Positions 8,271 through 16,627 of a DNA stretch of 20,000 nt are shown here, piece after piece (the stretch's first letter is position 1; every line of letters starts with the position of its first letter). Origin of the DNA: an uncultured virus (IMG/VR IMGVR_UViG_3300025732_000033) (lineage: Duplodnaviria; Heunggongvirae; Uroviricota; Caudoviricetes); the IMG/VR virus record IMGVR_UViG_3300025732_000033; one strand, written 5' to 3'. Under the pieces are notes generated by a model. That model did no database searches and was not told the origin of the DNA. It worked only from the letters and a program-made list of their open reading frames with translations. Made by a program: the position numbers and the translations under genes.

Positions 8271-8827
8271 AAAAATTAATGATTATAACAATGCTAGCTG
8301 TCCTAGCATTGATGTCGAGTTGCAAGTTTATAAGCGAGTCAGAGCTTGATGGCATGTCTGTTGTTACTACGGATAGCCTTTTGACTCCTGAAACCATCAA
8401 GGACCCAAAGATTGTTGCGATCCCTGATGATTTGTTTCCGGTAAGTCTAAAGGACAATCCAAAGTGGAAGGATAAGCATTTCGTCTTTGCTCCAGATGAG
8501 CTAATAAAGCCAAGTGCTCCAAGAATTGATCTTACTCCAAGTGAGACTAGTGTTTGGATTCTTGATACATTAGCGATGGCAGCGGGAGTAGCTAAGACAT
8601 TTTTTCCTCAATTAGCATTCTTGGAAGTAATCCTTGTAATGCTATCCAAAAGAAAGCGTCAGAACTATAAGGATGCTATTGCAGCAGTTGTGCCCTATGA
8701 TGGTAATGTAGACCTTGTAGGTGCTTTAGTGGGTATAGCTAAGGCTCTTGGTGTGGCCCATAGTCGGCCTGAGCCTGTAGCAGCGACTACAGACCCCTCA
8801 CCACCCGCAGCCCCTGTAAAAGCTTGA
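8267..8827 (+). CDS. Putative lipoprotein with an additional internal hydrophobic segment, 186 aa
   Basis: MKK + hydrophobic stretch + LMSSC lipobox-like motif. Strong SD AAGGAGGT at 8253-8260. Later hydrophobic segment FFPQLAFLEVILVML followed by KRKR, and a Pro/Ala-rich tail. Confidence 0.7.
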   Translation: MKKLMIITMLAVLALMSSCKFISESELDGMSVVTTDSLLTPETIKDPKIVAIPDDLFPVSLKDNPKWKDKHFVFAPDELIKPSAPRIDLTPSETSVWILDTLAMAAGVAKTFFPQLAFLEVILVMLSKRKRQNYKDAIAAVVPYDGNVDLVGALVGIAKALGVAHSRPEPVAATTDPSPPAAPVKA

Positions 8828-8846
8828 TTCTAATTGAATAAGCTTT

Positions 8847-8879
8847 AACCCCTCAAGATTGATCTTGAGGGGTTTTTTT
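8847..8879 (+). terminator. Rho-independent terminator ending the replication module
   Basis: Perfect 12-bp stem AACCCCTCAAGA (8847-8858), loop TTGA, TCTTGAGGGGTT (8863-8874), with a T run 8873-8879 and further T's after. Confidence 0.92.
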
Positions 8880-8896
8880 ATTTTTATATGTATTAT

Positions 8897-8914
8897 TGAC
8901 TATAATGATACATA
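8897..8914 (+). promoter_or_regulatory. Putative promoter (-10 TATAAT) for the glycan operon, probably leaderless
   Basis: Perfect TATAAT at 8901-8906, just after the terminator and 7 nt before ATG 8914. No SD and no clear -35. Confidence 0.5.
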
Positions 8915-10101
8915 TGTCAAATAAATTAAAAATATTAGTTGTAAACCCAAATACAGGCGGGTGTGCATATTACAGAAGCCTGATGCCATACCATAAGTTA
9001 CAAGAACTTTATTCAGACAAAGTTGATATAAGATTTGATGATAATCCATTAAAACTAAATACAGCAAATGGAACTTTTGAATACCCAGGAGCAGATTTAG
9101 ATAATCCTCCCGAGAACATAGAGTGGGCTCACGTAGTTTTGATAAATAATATCAGTAACTATGGTGGTCCTTATACTGCTAGAGTTCTTGGAATGGCAAG
9201 AAAAGCGGGTAAGTTTGTTCATTTTGATACTGATGATTTATTAACTGAGCTTTATGAGGAGCATCATTTAATTGATGTTTATAAAAATCAAGGTTTAAGT
9301 GAATTAACAAAGCATTTATATGCAAATTCAGATCTTGTTACAGTAACACAAACTAAGTTTGCAGAAAGAATAAAACCTTATTGTTCGTCAATTCTTGCTG
9401 TAGTGAAGAATGCTATAGATTATAATTTGCCTGGATGGAATATTCCAAGAAGTATTAGTAAGGCAACTAGAATCGGCTGGGCAGGTGGAATTCACCATAA
9501 TCCCGATGTTAAAATATTCTCAGGTGTTCCGCACCTAGTTAATCAAAAGATCGGCAGAGAGAAGGTATTTTGGGACTTCTACGGGATGCCACCACCACCA
9601 CAGAATGAGAAGGAGAAGGATGACTGGCAAAATAAAGTTTGGGATCATTATAAGTCAGAACTACTTAGAGGATTTAAAGGGCAAAGAAACTGGAATACCC
9701 ATTACGCAGTAGGGCCTCATGAGTATGGAGTTTTTTATGCTAACATGGATATAGCTATAGCTCCATTAAAAATGAATGCATTTAATGATTCTAAATCTGA
9801 TATTAAAGTAGCAGAAGCAGGAAGATACAAGGTTCCCTTGATAGCATCAAACGTGGGATGCTATAATGAAACTATAGAGAACTGGAAAACTGGATACCTA
9901 CTTGATCCAGATGCCCCTAAAACTGAATGGGTTAGAGTTCTTAGCAAGGTAGCCACTGATCATAAACTTAGAAGAGAGATGGGTGAAAATTTACATTCAG
10001 TAACTGAAAAACTTTTTGATATCAATAAAATTGTAGGGCAGAGATTAGATATTTATGAACAGTGTTTTAAAGTATTAGGAAAGGACCCAAGAGCACAATG
10101 A
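8914..10101 (+). CDS. GT-B fold glycosyltransferase (GT4-like), 395 aa
   Basis: GGCAYYR, FDTDDLL, IGWAGG, DIAIAPL...FNDSKSDIKVAEAG...PLIASNVGCY, TGYL. ATG 8914 preferred over TTG 8896 or ATG 8905, which overlap the -10 element. Confidence 0.85.
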   Translation: MSNKLKILVVNPNTGGCAYYRSLMPYHKLQELYSDKVDIRFDDNPLKLNTANGTFEYPGADLDNPPENIEWAHVVLINNISNYGGPYTARVLGMARKAGKFVHFDTDDLLTELYEEHHLIDVYKNQGLSELTKHLYANSDLVTVTQTKFAERIKPYCSSILAVVKNAIDYNLPGWNIPRSISKATRIGWAGGIHHNPDVKIFSGVPHLVNQKIGREKVFWDFYGMPPPPQNEKEKDDWQNKVWDHYKSELLRGFKGQRNWNTHYAVGPHEYGVFYANMDIAIAPLKMNAFNDSKSDIKVAEAGRYKVPLIASNVGCYNETIENWKTGYLLDPDAPKTEWVRVLSKVATDHKLRREMGENLHSVTEKLFDINKIVGQRLDIYEQCFKVLGKDPRAQ

Positions 10102-10880
10102 TAAAGATTGCAACTGGATTTTCAAAATGCGGTGGATCTACAATCGCTTTGGCTGAACTTTGTAATTTATTTAATTCAAATGGTTTAAATTGTGATTTAT
10201 ATGGACCTTTTGATTGGGTTAAATCTAAATTAAAAGGAGATCACTATAGATCATTAAATGATATGGTATTTACAGCGGATGATCATGTCATTTATCATTT
10301 TATACCAATAAAACAAAGACCACCATGTAAAAAATTAATTTTATCCTGCCATGAAACAAATGTATTTCCATTAAAGAATGTTAATGTTGCTTACGATACT
10401 GTTCATTATGTTTCCAAGTTTCAAATGGATTGGCAAGGAATACCTGGGACAATAATTCCAAATATATTACCTAGCATAAAACCTAAGACAAAGAAACTAA
10501 AAAATAAAGTGGCTGGAATTATTGGGAGTATTGATCCACATAAAAATACACATATATCCATAGACAGAGCACTATCTGATAATGATATATCGAGAGTAGA
10601 GCTTTGGGGTGAAATATCTGATCCAATTTACTTCGCATCTCATGTATCTCCTAGGCTTTGTAGAAAAGTAAGTTATTGTGGAGTAGCTACTGATATGCAA
10701 GCAGTCTACGATGGGCTATCATGTGTATATCATTCATCAGCCAGGGAAACTTTTAATTATATAAAAGCAGAATGTTCATTAGCCGAAATAGATTATTTTG
10801 GATCTACTGAATCAGATCCCTCGGCAGAATATTGGACTAATGAAAAGATACTAGACTCTTGGATTAATTTATTAAAATAA
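10098..10880 (+). CDS. Compact GT-B (GT4-like) glycosyltransferase, 260 aa
   Basis: N-terminal GGSTIAL, HYVSKFQ, IIPN, GIIGSIDPHKN and HSSARETFNYIKAEC (E-x7-E motif). ATGA overlap with the upstream gene. Confidence 0.72.
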   Translation: MIKIATGFSKCGGSTIALAELCNLFNSNGLNCDLYGPFDWVKSKLKGDHYRSLNDMVFTADDHVIYHFIPIKQRPPCKKLILSCHETNVFPLKNVNVAYDTVHYVSKFQMDWQGIPGTIIPNILPSIKPKTKKLKNKVAGIIGSIDPHKNTHISIDRALSDNDISRVELWGEISDPIYFASHVSPRLCRKVSYCGVATDMQAVYDGLSCVYHSSARETFNYIKAECSLAEIDYFGSTESDPSAEYWTNEKILDSWINLLK

Positions 10881-10882
10881 AT

Positions 10883-11608
10883 ATGAAATTATCAATAATT
10901 ACATGTTCTTATAATAATGAGAAATGGTTAAAAAAGCATCTTGATTCTGTTAATAATCAAACATATAAAAATTATGAGCATATAATAATAAATGATTCAT
11001 CAACTGATAAATCTCTTGATGTAATTAAACATCATGCAAATCCAGAAAAAACTAAAGTATTTCTCAGAAGTGAAAGATGTGGAGCAATAAGAAATCATAT
11101 TTTAGGTTTAAAGCAGTCCACAGGGGATACTATAGTTCATTTAGATGGTGATGACTGGTTTTATGATTCCACAGTTTTAGATTATGTGGTATCTAAATAT
11201 CATGAAACTTCATGTTGGGCGACTTATGGAAATTGGGTCCATAGTGACCCATCAATAGGCTGGGGGATGGGAAAACATAGAACCAGTATTGCAGAAGATA
11301 TAAGAAAATTGAGACAATGGAACTTTACTCATTTAAGAACATTTAAAAAAGAGTTAATATCTGCTATCCCAGCAATGGACATTTTTGATATTTTTGGAAA
11401 TGTTCACTCATCGGCGGCTGACGTATCTATTTTAACTGGAATTTATGAATATGCATTAAAACATAATAAAGTGGAGTATATTGAAAGACCTATGGTTGTT
11501 TATAATAGTAATACTGGGCAAAATGATCATATTATTAGTTTACATAATCAAGCTATTTCAGCTACACAAATTTTTGAATCACCTTACAGCATTTTAAAAT
11601 TATTATGA
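10883..11608 (+). CDS. GT2 family glycosyltransferase (GT-A), 241 aa
   Basis: SIITCSYNNEKWL, SVNNQTYKNYEHIIINDSSTD and DxD motif LDGDDW. Confidence 0.9.
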   Translation: MKLSIITCSYNNEKWLKKHLDSVNNQTYKNYEHIIINDSSTDKSLDVIKHHANPEKTKVFLRSERCGAIRNHILGLKQSTGDTIVHLDGDDWFYDSTVLDYVVSKYHETSCWATYGNWVHSDPSIGWGMGKHRTSIAEDIRKLRQWNFTHLRTFKKELISAIPAMDIFDIFGNVHSSAADVSILTGIYEYALKHNKVEYIERPMVVYNSNTGQNDHIISLHNQAISATQIFESPYSILKLL

Positions 11609-12345
11609 TTACTTCTTTTATTCAAGGTGGATTAGGAAATCAATTATTTCAAATATGCGCTGGATTATCTTTGGCAAAAGATTTAGGTGTAGAGTTTAGA
11701 CTTGTAAAAGATCAACATAGTTTACCATTACAAGGAACAAGAATAAGTAATTACTATTCTAATATATTTAAAAATATAAATTTTTTACAAGAAGATGATT
11801 TAAAAAATTTAACCGTGTATTCAGAAAAATCTTTTGAATATCAAGAAATACCAAAAATTGATAATATTGCTTTGTTTGGTTATTATCAAAGTGAAAAATA
11901 TTTTAAACATAATAATTTTTTTATTAATGAAATTTTAAATTTTCCTCATCAACAAATTAAAGAAGGTTGTATTTCTTTACACTTTAGACAGGGTGATTAC
12001 AAAAATAATCCAAATATTCATCATATACAAAATATAGATTATTTTCAAAAAGCAATAAATTATATTGGACCTTATAAAAAATTACTAATTTTTTCTGATT
12101 CAGATTTACCTGATAATTTTAAATTTTCTAATATGGAAATTATTAAATCAAACAATGATTTAGAAGACCTAGCTATAATGTCCTCTTGTGAGCATAATAT
12201 TATTAGTAACAGCACATTTAGCTGGTGGGCTGCTTGGTTCAATAAAAATACTAATAAAAAAATTGTAGCACCAAGTATATGGTTTGGACCAGAAGGACCT
12301 AAGAACTGGAAAGATATTTATTGTGAGGGGTGGAAAATAATTTAA
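11605..12345 (+). CDS. GT11 family alpha-1,2-fucosyltransferase-like protein, 246 aa
   Basis: GGLGNQLFQ, GYYQSEKYF, HFRQGDY (HxRxGDY), IFSD and SNSTFSWWAAW, all GT11 hallmark motifs. Confidence 0.9.
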   Translation: MITSFIQGGLGNQLFQICAGLSLAKDLGVEFRLVKDQHSLPLQGTRISNYYSNIFKNINFLQEDDLKNLTVYSEKSFEYQEIPKIDNIALFGYYQSEKYFKHNNFFINEILNFPHQQIKEGCISLHFRQGDYKNNPNIHHIQNIDYFQKAINYIGPYKKLLIFSDSDLPDNFKFSNMEIIKSNNDLEDLAIMSSCEHNIISNSTFSWWAAWFNKNTNKKIVAPSIWFGPEGPKNWKDIYCEGWKII

Positions 12346-12962
12346 TGCTTTTAGATCTAAAAAATTTAGTTAATAAATATAATTTAAAAATTAAAGGCGT
12401 GTTGCATATTGGTGCTCATTGGGGAGAAGAGGACTTTATATATGATGAACTTAGTATTGATAATAGAATTTACTTTGAGCCTTTATTAAAAAACTTTTCT
12501 ATATTGCAGAGCAAAGTATCTAAAAAATCAAAATGTATTAGAACCGCACTGGGGGATAAAGTGGGAGAGGTACTTATGAATGTTGAAGAAGCTAACAATG
12601 GACAATCCTCTTCTATACTAGATCCAGATATTCATTTGTATCAATATCCACATATAAAATTTAATTCCAAGGAATTAGTTCCAATAACAAAATTAGATAT
12701 GATTTCATTTGATAGGAGTATAATGAACTTTATTAATATTGATGTTCAGGGATATGAACTTGAAGTGTTTAAAGGTGCTAAATATACTTTAAAAAATATT
12801 GATTATATAGTAACTGAAGTTAATAGGGCGGAAGTTTACAAGAATTGTGTAAAAGTTGATAATTTAGATTTATTTTTATCAGATTATGGATTTAAAAGAT
12901 TAGAGACTACTTGGGATGGTATAACTTGGGGAGATGCATTTTATGCAAAAACTAGCATTTGA
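12345..12962 (+). CDS. FkbM-family SAM-dependent methyltransferase, 205 aa
   Basis: HIGAHWGEE, YFEP, ALG, SSSIL, NIDVQGYELEVFKGA, TEV and WGDAFY. ATG 12345 overlaps the GT11 stop (TAATG). Confidence 0.88.
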   Translation: MLLDLKNLVNKYNLKIKGVLHIGAHWGEEDFIYDELSIDNRIYFEPLLKNFSILQSKVSKKSKCIRTALGDKVGEVLMNVEEANNGQSSSILDPDIHLYQYPHIKFNSKELVPITKLDMISFDRSIMNFINIDVQGYELEVFKGAKYTLKNIDYIVTEVNRAEVYKNCVKVDNLDLFLSDYGFKRLETTWDGITWGDAFYAKTSI

Positions 12963-12963
12963 T

Positions 12964-13734
12964 ATGGGCAAAATAAAATTAAAAAAATTAGGTGGATCTT
13001 TTTCTCACGCAAAATCTTCTACACTTTGGAAAACTAGTAATTTTATAGAATACTCTGACGATTCTAATTTATCAATAAGTATTGATCATTTTGAACCCGC
13101 TGATTACGCTTGGTTGCATGAATCTAAGTCAATAATACCTTATCAATATCAAGTTGCAAAAGACTACCACCATCAGCTAAAGAATATTTACAAATCTGTT
13201 TTTACACACGATCAAGAACTCATTAGCCTAGATCCAGAGTTATTTAAGTTTGTTCCTGCTTGTGGATATTGGATAGAAAATGCATCTATATACGAGAAAA
13301 CTAAACTAATTTCATTTATAACATCTAATAAAAAATTATGCCCAGGCCACTTAATCAGACATTCTCTATTAGACAAATATGCTAAGTATTGTGATGTTTA
13401 TGGATTTGGAATTAATCCTATAGATAAAAAAGAACAAGGATTAAATAATTATATGTTTTCTATAGTAGTGGAGAATGGTGTATACGATACTTATTTCACA
13501 GAAAAAATATTGGATTGTTTTGCTACTGGAACTATTCCTGTTTACTTAGGAACTGGTAATATAATTAAATTTTTTGACAAAGACGGGATTATATTTTTAG
13601 ATAAAAATTTTGACATAAATTATTTGAATGAGGAGTTATATAAGTCTAAAAAGCAATCTATAATAAATAATTATAATAAAGTATTAAATTATAATACAGT
13701 CGAAGACTGGATGGTTTTAAATAAAGTTATATGA
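12964..13734 (+). CDS. GT10-like (alpha-1,3/4-fucosyltransferase-type) glycosyltransferase, about 256 aa
   Basis: SFITSNK and YMFSIVVENG...YFTEKILDCFATGTIPVYLG, the GT10 donor-binding motif. ATG 12964 is 1 nt after the upstream stop; ATG 12934 is an alternative start. Confidence 0.82.
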   Translation: MGKIKLKKLGGSFSHAKSSTLWKTSNFIEYSDDSNLSISIDHFEPADYAWLHESKSIIPYQYQVAKDYHHQLKNIYKSVFTHDQELISLDPELFKFVPACGYWIENASIYEKTKLISFITSNKKLCPGHLIRHSLLDKYAKYCDVYGFGINPIDKKEQGLNNYMFSIVVENGVYDTYFTEKILDCFATGTIPVYLGTGNIIKFFDKDGIIFLDKNFDINYLNEELYKSKKQSIINNYNKVLNYNTVEDWMVLNKVI

Positions 13735-14462
13735 AAAAGTTATTAATCAGACAACCTGCGGGCATGGGAGATATATTTTTATGTCTCAAGATAGCTAAGA
13801 AATATCAAGAAAAAGGTTATGAAATAATTTGGCCTATAAATGATGACTATATGTATCTGAATGATTATTTAGATATAGACTTCAAATTTATTCCAATCTC
13901 TTCTCAATTTTTAGGCAAAGATTTTATCACATTAAATGTGATGTCTATTGTTGATTCTCCTGATTTATTGTTTTTACCTTTAGAGGTTGCTTCCTTTATC
14001 GTGGGAAACCCAATAATGAATGCAAAGTATAGGTTAGCGGGTGTTGACATTGAAGATTATTTAGATTATTTTAATTTTAAAAGAGACCCGCGTAGAGAAA
14101 GTAATTTATTTTTCAATCAACTTGATCTACTGGATGGGGTATCTACATACCGAGTCAATAATAAAAATTTTGGAACATACCCAGACGTAAGAAAATTTGA
14201 TAAAAGTTTTATTGATTCCAAAGAAAATCTCTATAATATTGACATGTATTTAGGAGATAAAAAATCTCATATATTTGATTGGTGTTCTACTATAGAAAAA
14301 AGTAAAGAGTTTCATACTGTTGGAACTTCAATAACATTCATAGCAGAAAAATTAAATGTGAATAATACTAAATTGTTTATGTATAGAAGAACTGGAACTT
14401 CACTAGAGCAATTTTATGATGATAAGAAATTATTTAAGAAAAATTGGACATTCATTGAATGA
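13731..14462 (+). CDS. Putative GT-B glycosyltransferase (GT9-like N-terminus), 243 aa
   Basis: IRQPAGMGDI...KKYQEKGYEIIWP resembles the GT9/heptosyltransferase G-x-GD start. C-terminal EFHTVGTS echoes the (G)xDS motif. Operon context supports the call. Confidence 0.5.
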   Translation: MKKLLIRQPAGMGDIFLCLKIAKKYQEKGYEIIWPINDDYMYLNDYLDIDFKFIPISSQFLGKDFITLNVMSIVDSPDLLFLPLEVASFIVGNPIMNAKYRLAGVDIEDYLDYFNFKRDPRRESNLFFNQLDLLDGVSTYRVNNKNFGTYPDVRKFDKSFIDSKENLYNIDMYLGDKKSHIFDWCSTIEKSKEFHTVGTSITFIAEKLNVNNTKLFMYRRTGTSLEQFYDDKKLFKKNWTFIE

Positions 14463-14986
14463 ACTATAAAGAAGAAATAAAGAAATCTGTAGAGCAAATT
14501 TCCACAGATAAAGTAGTACATATAGGCTATGGTCTTCTAACTCCTGGGAGAGGTGGTGGAAGTCTTAAAGCAGTTGCAGATTCAAAAATAGTGGAAACTC
14601 CTGTAGCTGAAAATCTTATGCTGGGATTAGCCATAGGAATGTCATTTGAGGATTACCTTCCAGTAGTCTATTACGAAAGATTTGATTTCATAATGAACGC
14701 TATGGATGCTTTAGTAAATCACTTAGATAAACTAGAAGAGATATCTGAAGGTGAATTTAAACCTAAAGTAATAATAAGATGTGTTATTGGAGGTAAAAAA
14801 TCCCCATTCTTTACAGGTGTTACACACACTCAAGATTTTGAGCAAGCTTTAAAATTATTAGTTAAAATTCCAATTTATAAATTAGGTTCGGTAGATTCAA
14901 TAAATTCTACTTTTCTACAATGTTACAGTTCAGATAGATCCTCCATAGTTATAGAAGAAAAGGATAGATATGCAGAAAGCATCTAA
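14459..14986 (+). CDS. ThDP-enzyme pyrimidine-binding subunit (E1-beta / transketolase-like), PYR domain only, 175 aa
   Basis: ETPVAENLMLGLAIG (conserved ThDP-activating Glu), RFDFIMNAMDALVNH and GVTHTQD. Lacks the C-terminal domain of canonical ~325-aa E1-beta. Confidence 0.85.
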   Translation: MNYKEEIKKSVEQISTDKVVHIGYGLLTPGRGGGSLKAVADSKIVETPVAENLMLGLAIGMSFEDYLPVVYYERFDFIMNAMDALVNHLDKLEEISEGEFKPKVIIRCVIGGKKSPFFTGVTHTQDFEQALKLLVKIPIYKLGSVDSINSTFLQCYSSDRSSIVIEEKDRYAESI

Positions 14987-15614
14987 AAAAGATTTAATAG
15001 ACTTTGAATTAGAGATTTATCAACTTTTTGAAGATGGTAAATTACCTTACTTAATTCATTTATGTGGGGGTAATGAAGATCAGTTAATAAATTTATTTGA
15101 TAAAATAAATGATGATGATTGGGTTTTTTCTACTCATAGAACGCATTATCATTATTTATTAAAAGGGGGGACAAAAGAAGCACTTTTAGATAAAATAAAA
15201 AATGGTAATAGCATGTTTGTATTTGATAGAAAATTAAAATTCTTTAGTTCTTCTATCTTAGCAGGTAACTCTTGCATCGCTGCTGGTGTAGCCTTAGCTA
15301 TAAAGAAGAAAGCACTTCCAAATCATGTTTGGTGTTTCATTGGGGACGGAGCAGAGGATGAGGGGCATTTTTATGAAGCAGTTAGATTTTGTCATGGGCA
15401 TAATTTACCCTGCACCTTCATAATTGAGGACAACAACAGAAGTGTAGACACTGACAAAGCTACTAGAAGAGGTATTACTGATTGGCAGTGGCCTAGTAAT
15501 GTTATTAAGTATGAGTATGTAGCTACTTACCCCCATGCATCTACTGGATCTGGTAAAATGGTTAAGTTTGATCCAACCATAGTATCAAAATATTTAAATG
15601 GTGAAAAGATATGA
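14970..15614 (+). CDS. ThDP-enzyme pyrophosphate-binding subunit (E1-alpha-like), 214 aa
   Basis: HLCGGNE, STHRTHYH, GNSM and the ThDP motif GDGAEDEGHFYEA...IIEDN. Shorter than canonical E1-alpha. Confidence 0.87.
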   Translation: MQKASKKDLIDFELEIYQLFEDGKLPYLIHLCGGNEDQLINLFDKINDDDWVFSTHRTHYHYLLKGGTKEALLDKIKNGNSMFVFDRKLKFFSSSILAGNSCIAAGVALAIKKKALPNHVWCFIGDGAEDEGHFYEAVRFCHGHNLPCTFIIEDNNRSVDTDKATRRGITDWQWPSNVIKYEYVATYPHASTGSGKMVKFDPTIVSKYLNGEKI

Positions 15615-16624
15615 AATATAAGGCAGCTATACTAACGGAAATAGATAAGTTACCTTTAGTTGAAGATATCTCATTAGATCACCCCCTAACTACCGGACAA
15701 GTATTAGTTAAAGTTTTGGGTGCTGGATTGTGTGGTGCCCAAATTCAAGAGTTACGAGGATTAAAGAATAATAAAAAATTTCTGCCACACCCATTAGGGC
15801 ATGAGGGATATTGCTTGGTCCTAGAGACTGGCCCAGGTGTGACCACAGTAAAAGTAGGGGATACTTGTGTAATGCATTGGAGGGTTGGTCTTGGAATAGA
15901 GTCAGATTTCCCTAAATTTACACTAAATGGAAAGCAAATAACTGGAGGAAAGATTACGACATTTTCTGAATACTCAGTAGTGTCAGAAAACAGATTAACC
16001 TCTGTTACTAATTGTGGTAAAAACTCTGGAATCCTTTTAGGATGTAGCTTGTCTACCGCTATGGGCATAGTTGAATATGAATCAGATGCCGTTGTAGGGG
16101 ATGAAGTTTTAGTTGTAGGGTGTGGTGGTGTTGGCCTAAATGTCATAGCATCATTTAGGATGAATGGTATACATGAAGTTGACGGACTGGATTTATATGA
16201 AGAAAAACGTCAGTTGGTAGTTGAAAATGGTGCAAGAAACTATTTCACCGATATAAATTTAATTAAAAACAAATACGATATTATCATTGATACTGTAGGA
16301 TCAAGCAAGTTATTTGATTCTTTGTTAAATTCATTATCAAACAAAGGTAAGCTTATACTTGTAGGCCAGCCTAAATCCACAGATATTTATTCTATATCTA
16401 ATCCCCTTAAATTATTTAATGGTGTTGGATATACAATAAAAGCAACTCAGGGTGGAAATATAAATCCATCAGCAGATATTCCTAGATATGTTAAATTATT
16501 CAAAGATAAATCAATTTCAAAAAGTATAACAAATACTTTTAGTTTAATTAACATAGATCAAGCATTTTTAACTTTAATTAACAGTAAAGTATGCGGAAGA
16601 ATATTAATAGACACAACATTTTAA
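15611..16624 (+). CDS. Zn-dependent medium-chain dehydrogenase/reductase (MDR), 337 aa
   Basis: GQVLVKV, catalytic Zn ligands GLCG, GHEG and LGCS, plus Rossmann GCGGVG. The 4-Cys structural-zinc lobe is absent. Confidence 0.88.
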   Translation: MKYKAAILTEIDKLPLVEDISLDHPLTTGQVLVKVLGAGLCGAQIQELRGLKNNKKFLPHPLGHEGYCLVLETGPGVTTVKVGDTCVMHWRVGLGIESDFPKFTLNGKQITGGKITTFSEYSVVSENRLTSVTNCGKNSGILLGCSLSTAMGIVEYESDAVVGDEVLVVGCGGVGLNVIASFRMNGIHEVDGLDLYEEKRQLVVENGARNYFTDINLIKNKYDIIIDTVGSSKLFDSLLNSLSNKGKLILVGQPKSTDIYSISNPLKLFNGVGYTIKATQGGNINPSADIPRYVKLFKDKSISKSITNTFSLINIDQAFLTLINSKVCGRILIDTTF

Positions 16625-16627
16625 TTT

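Noticed and set aside
14459..15614. Reading the short E1-beta and E1-alpha genes as pseudogenes or as a true pyruvate dehydrogenase
   Set aside because: Both end at domain boundaries, keep the ThDP motifs and are tightly overlapped with neighbours. No E2/E3 or leftover C-terminal fragments are visible.
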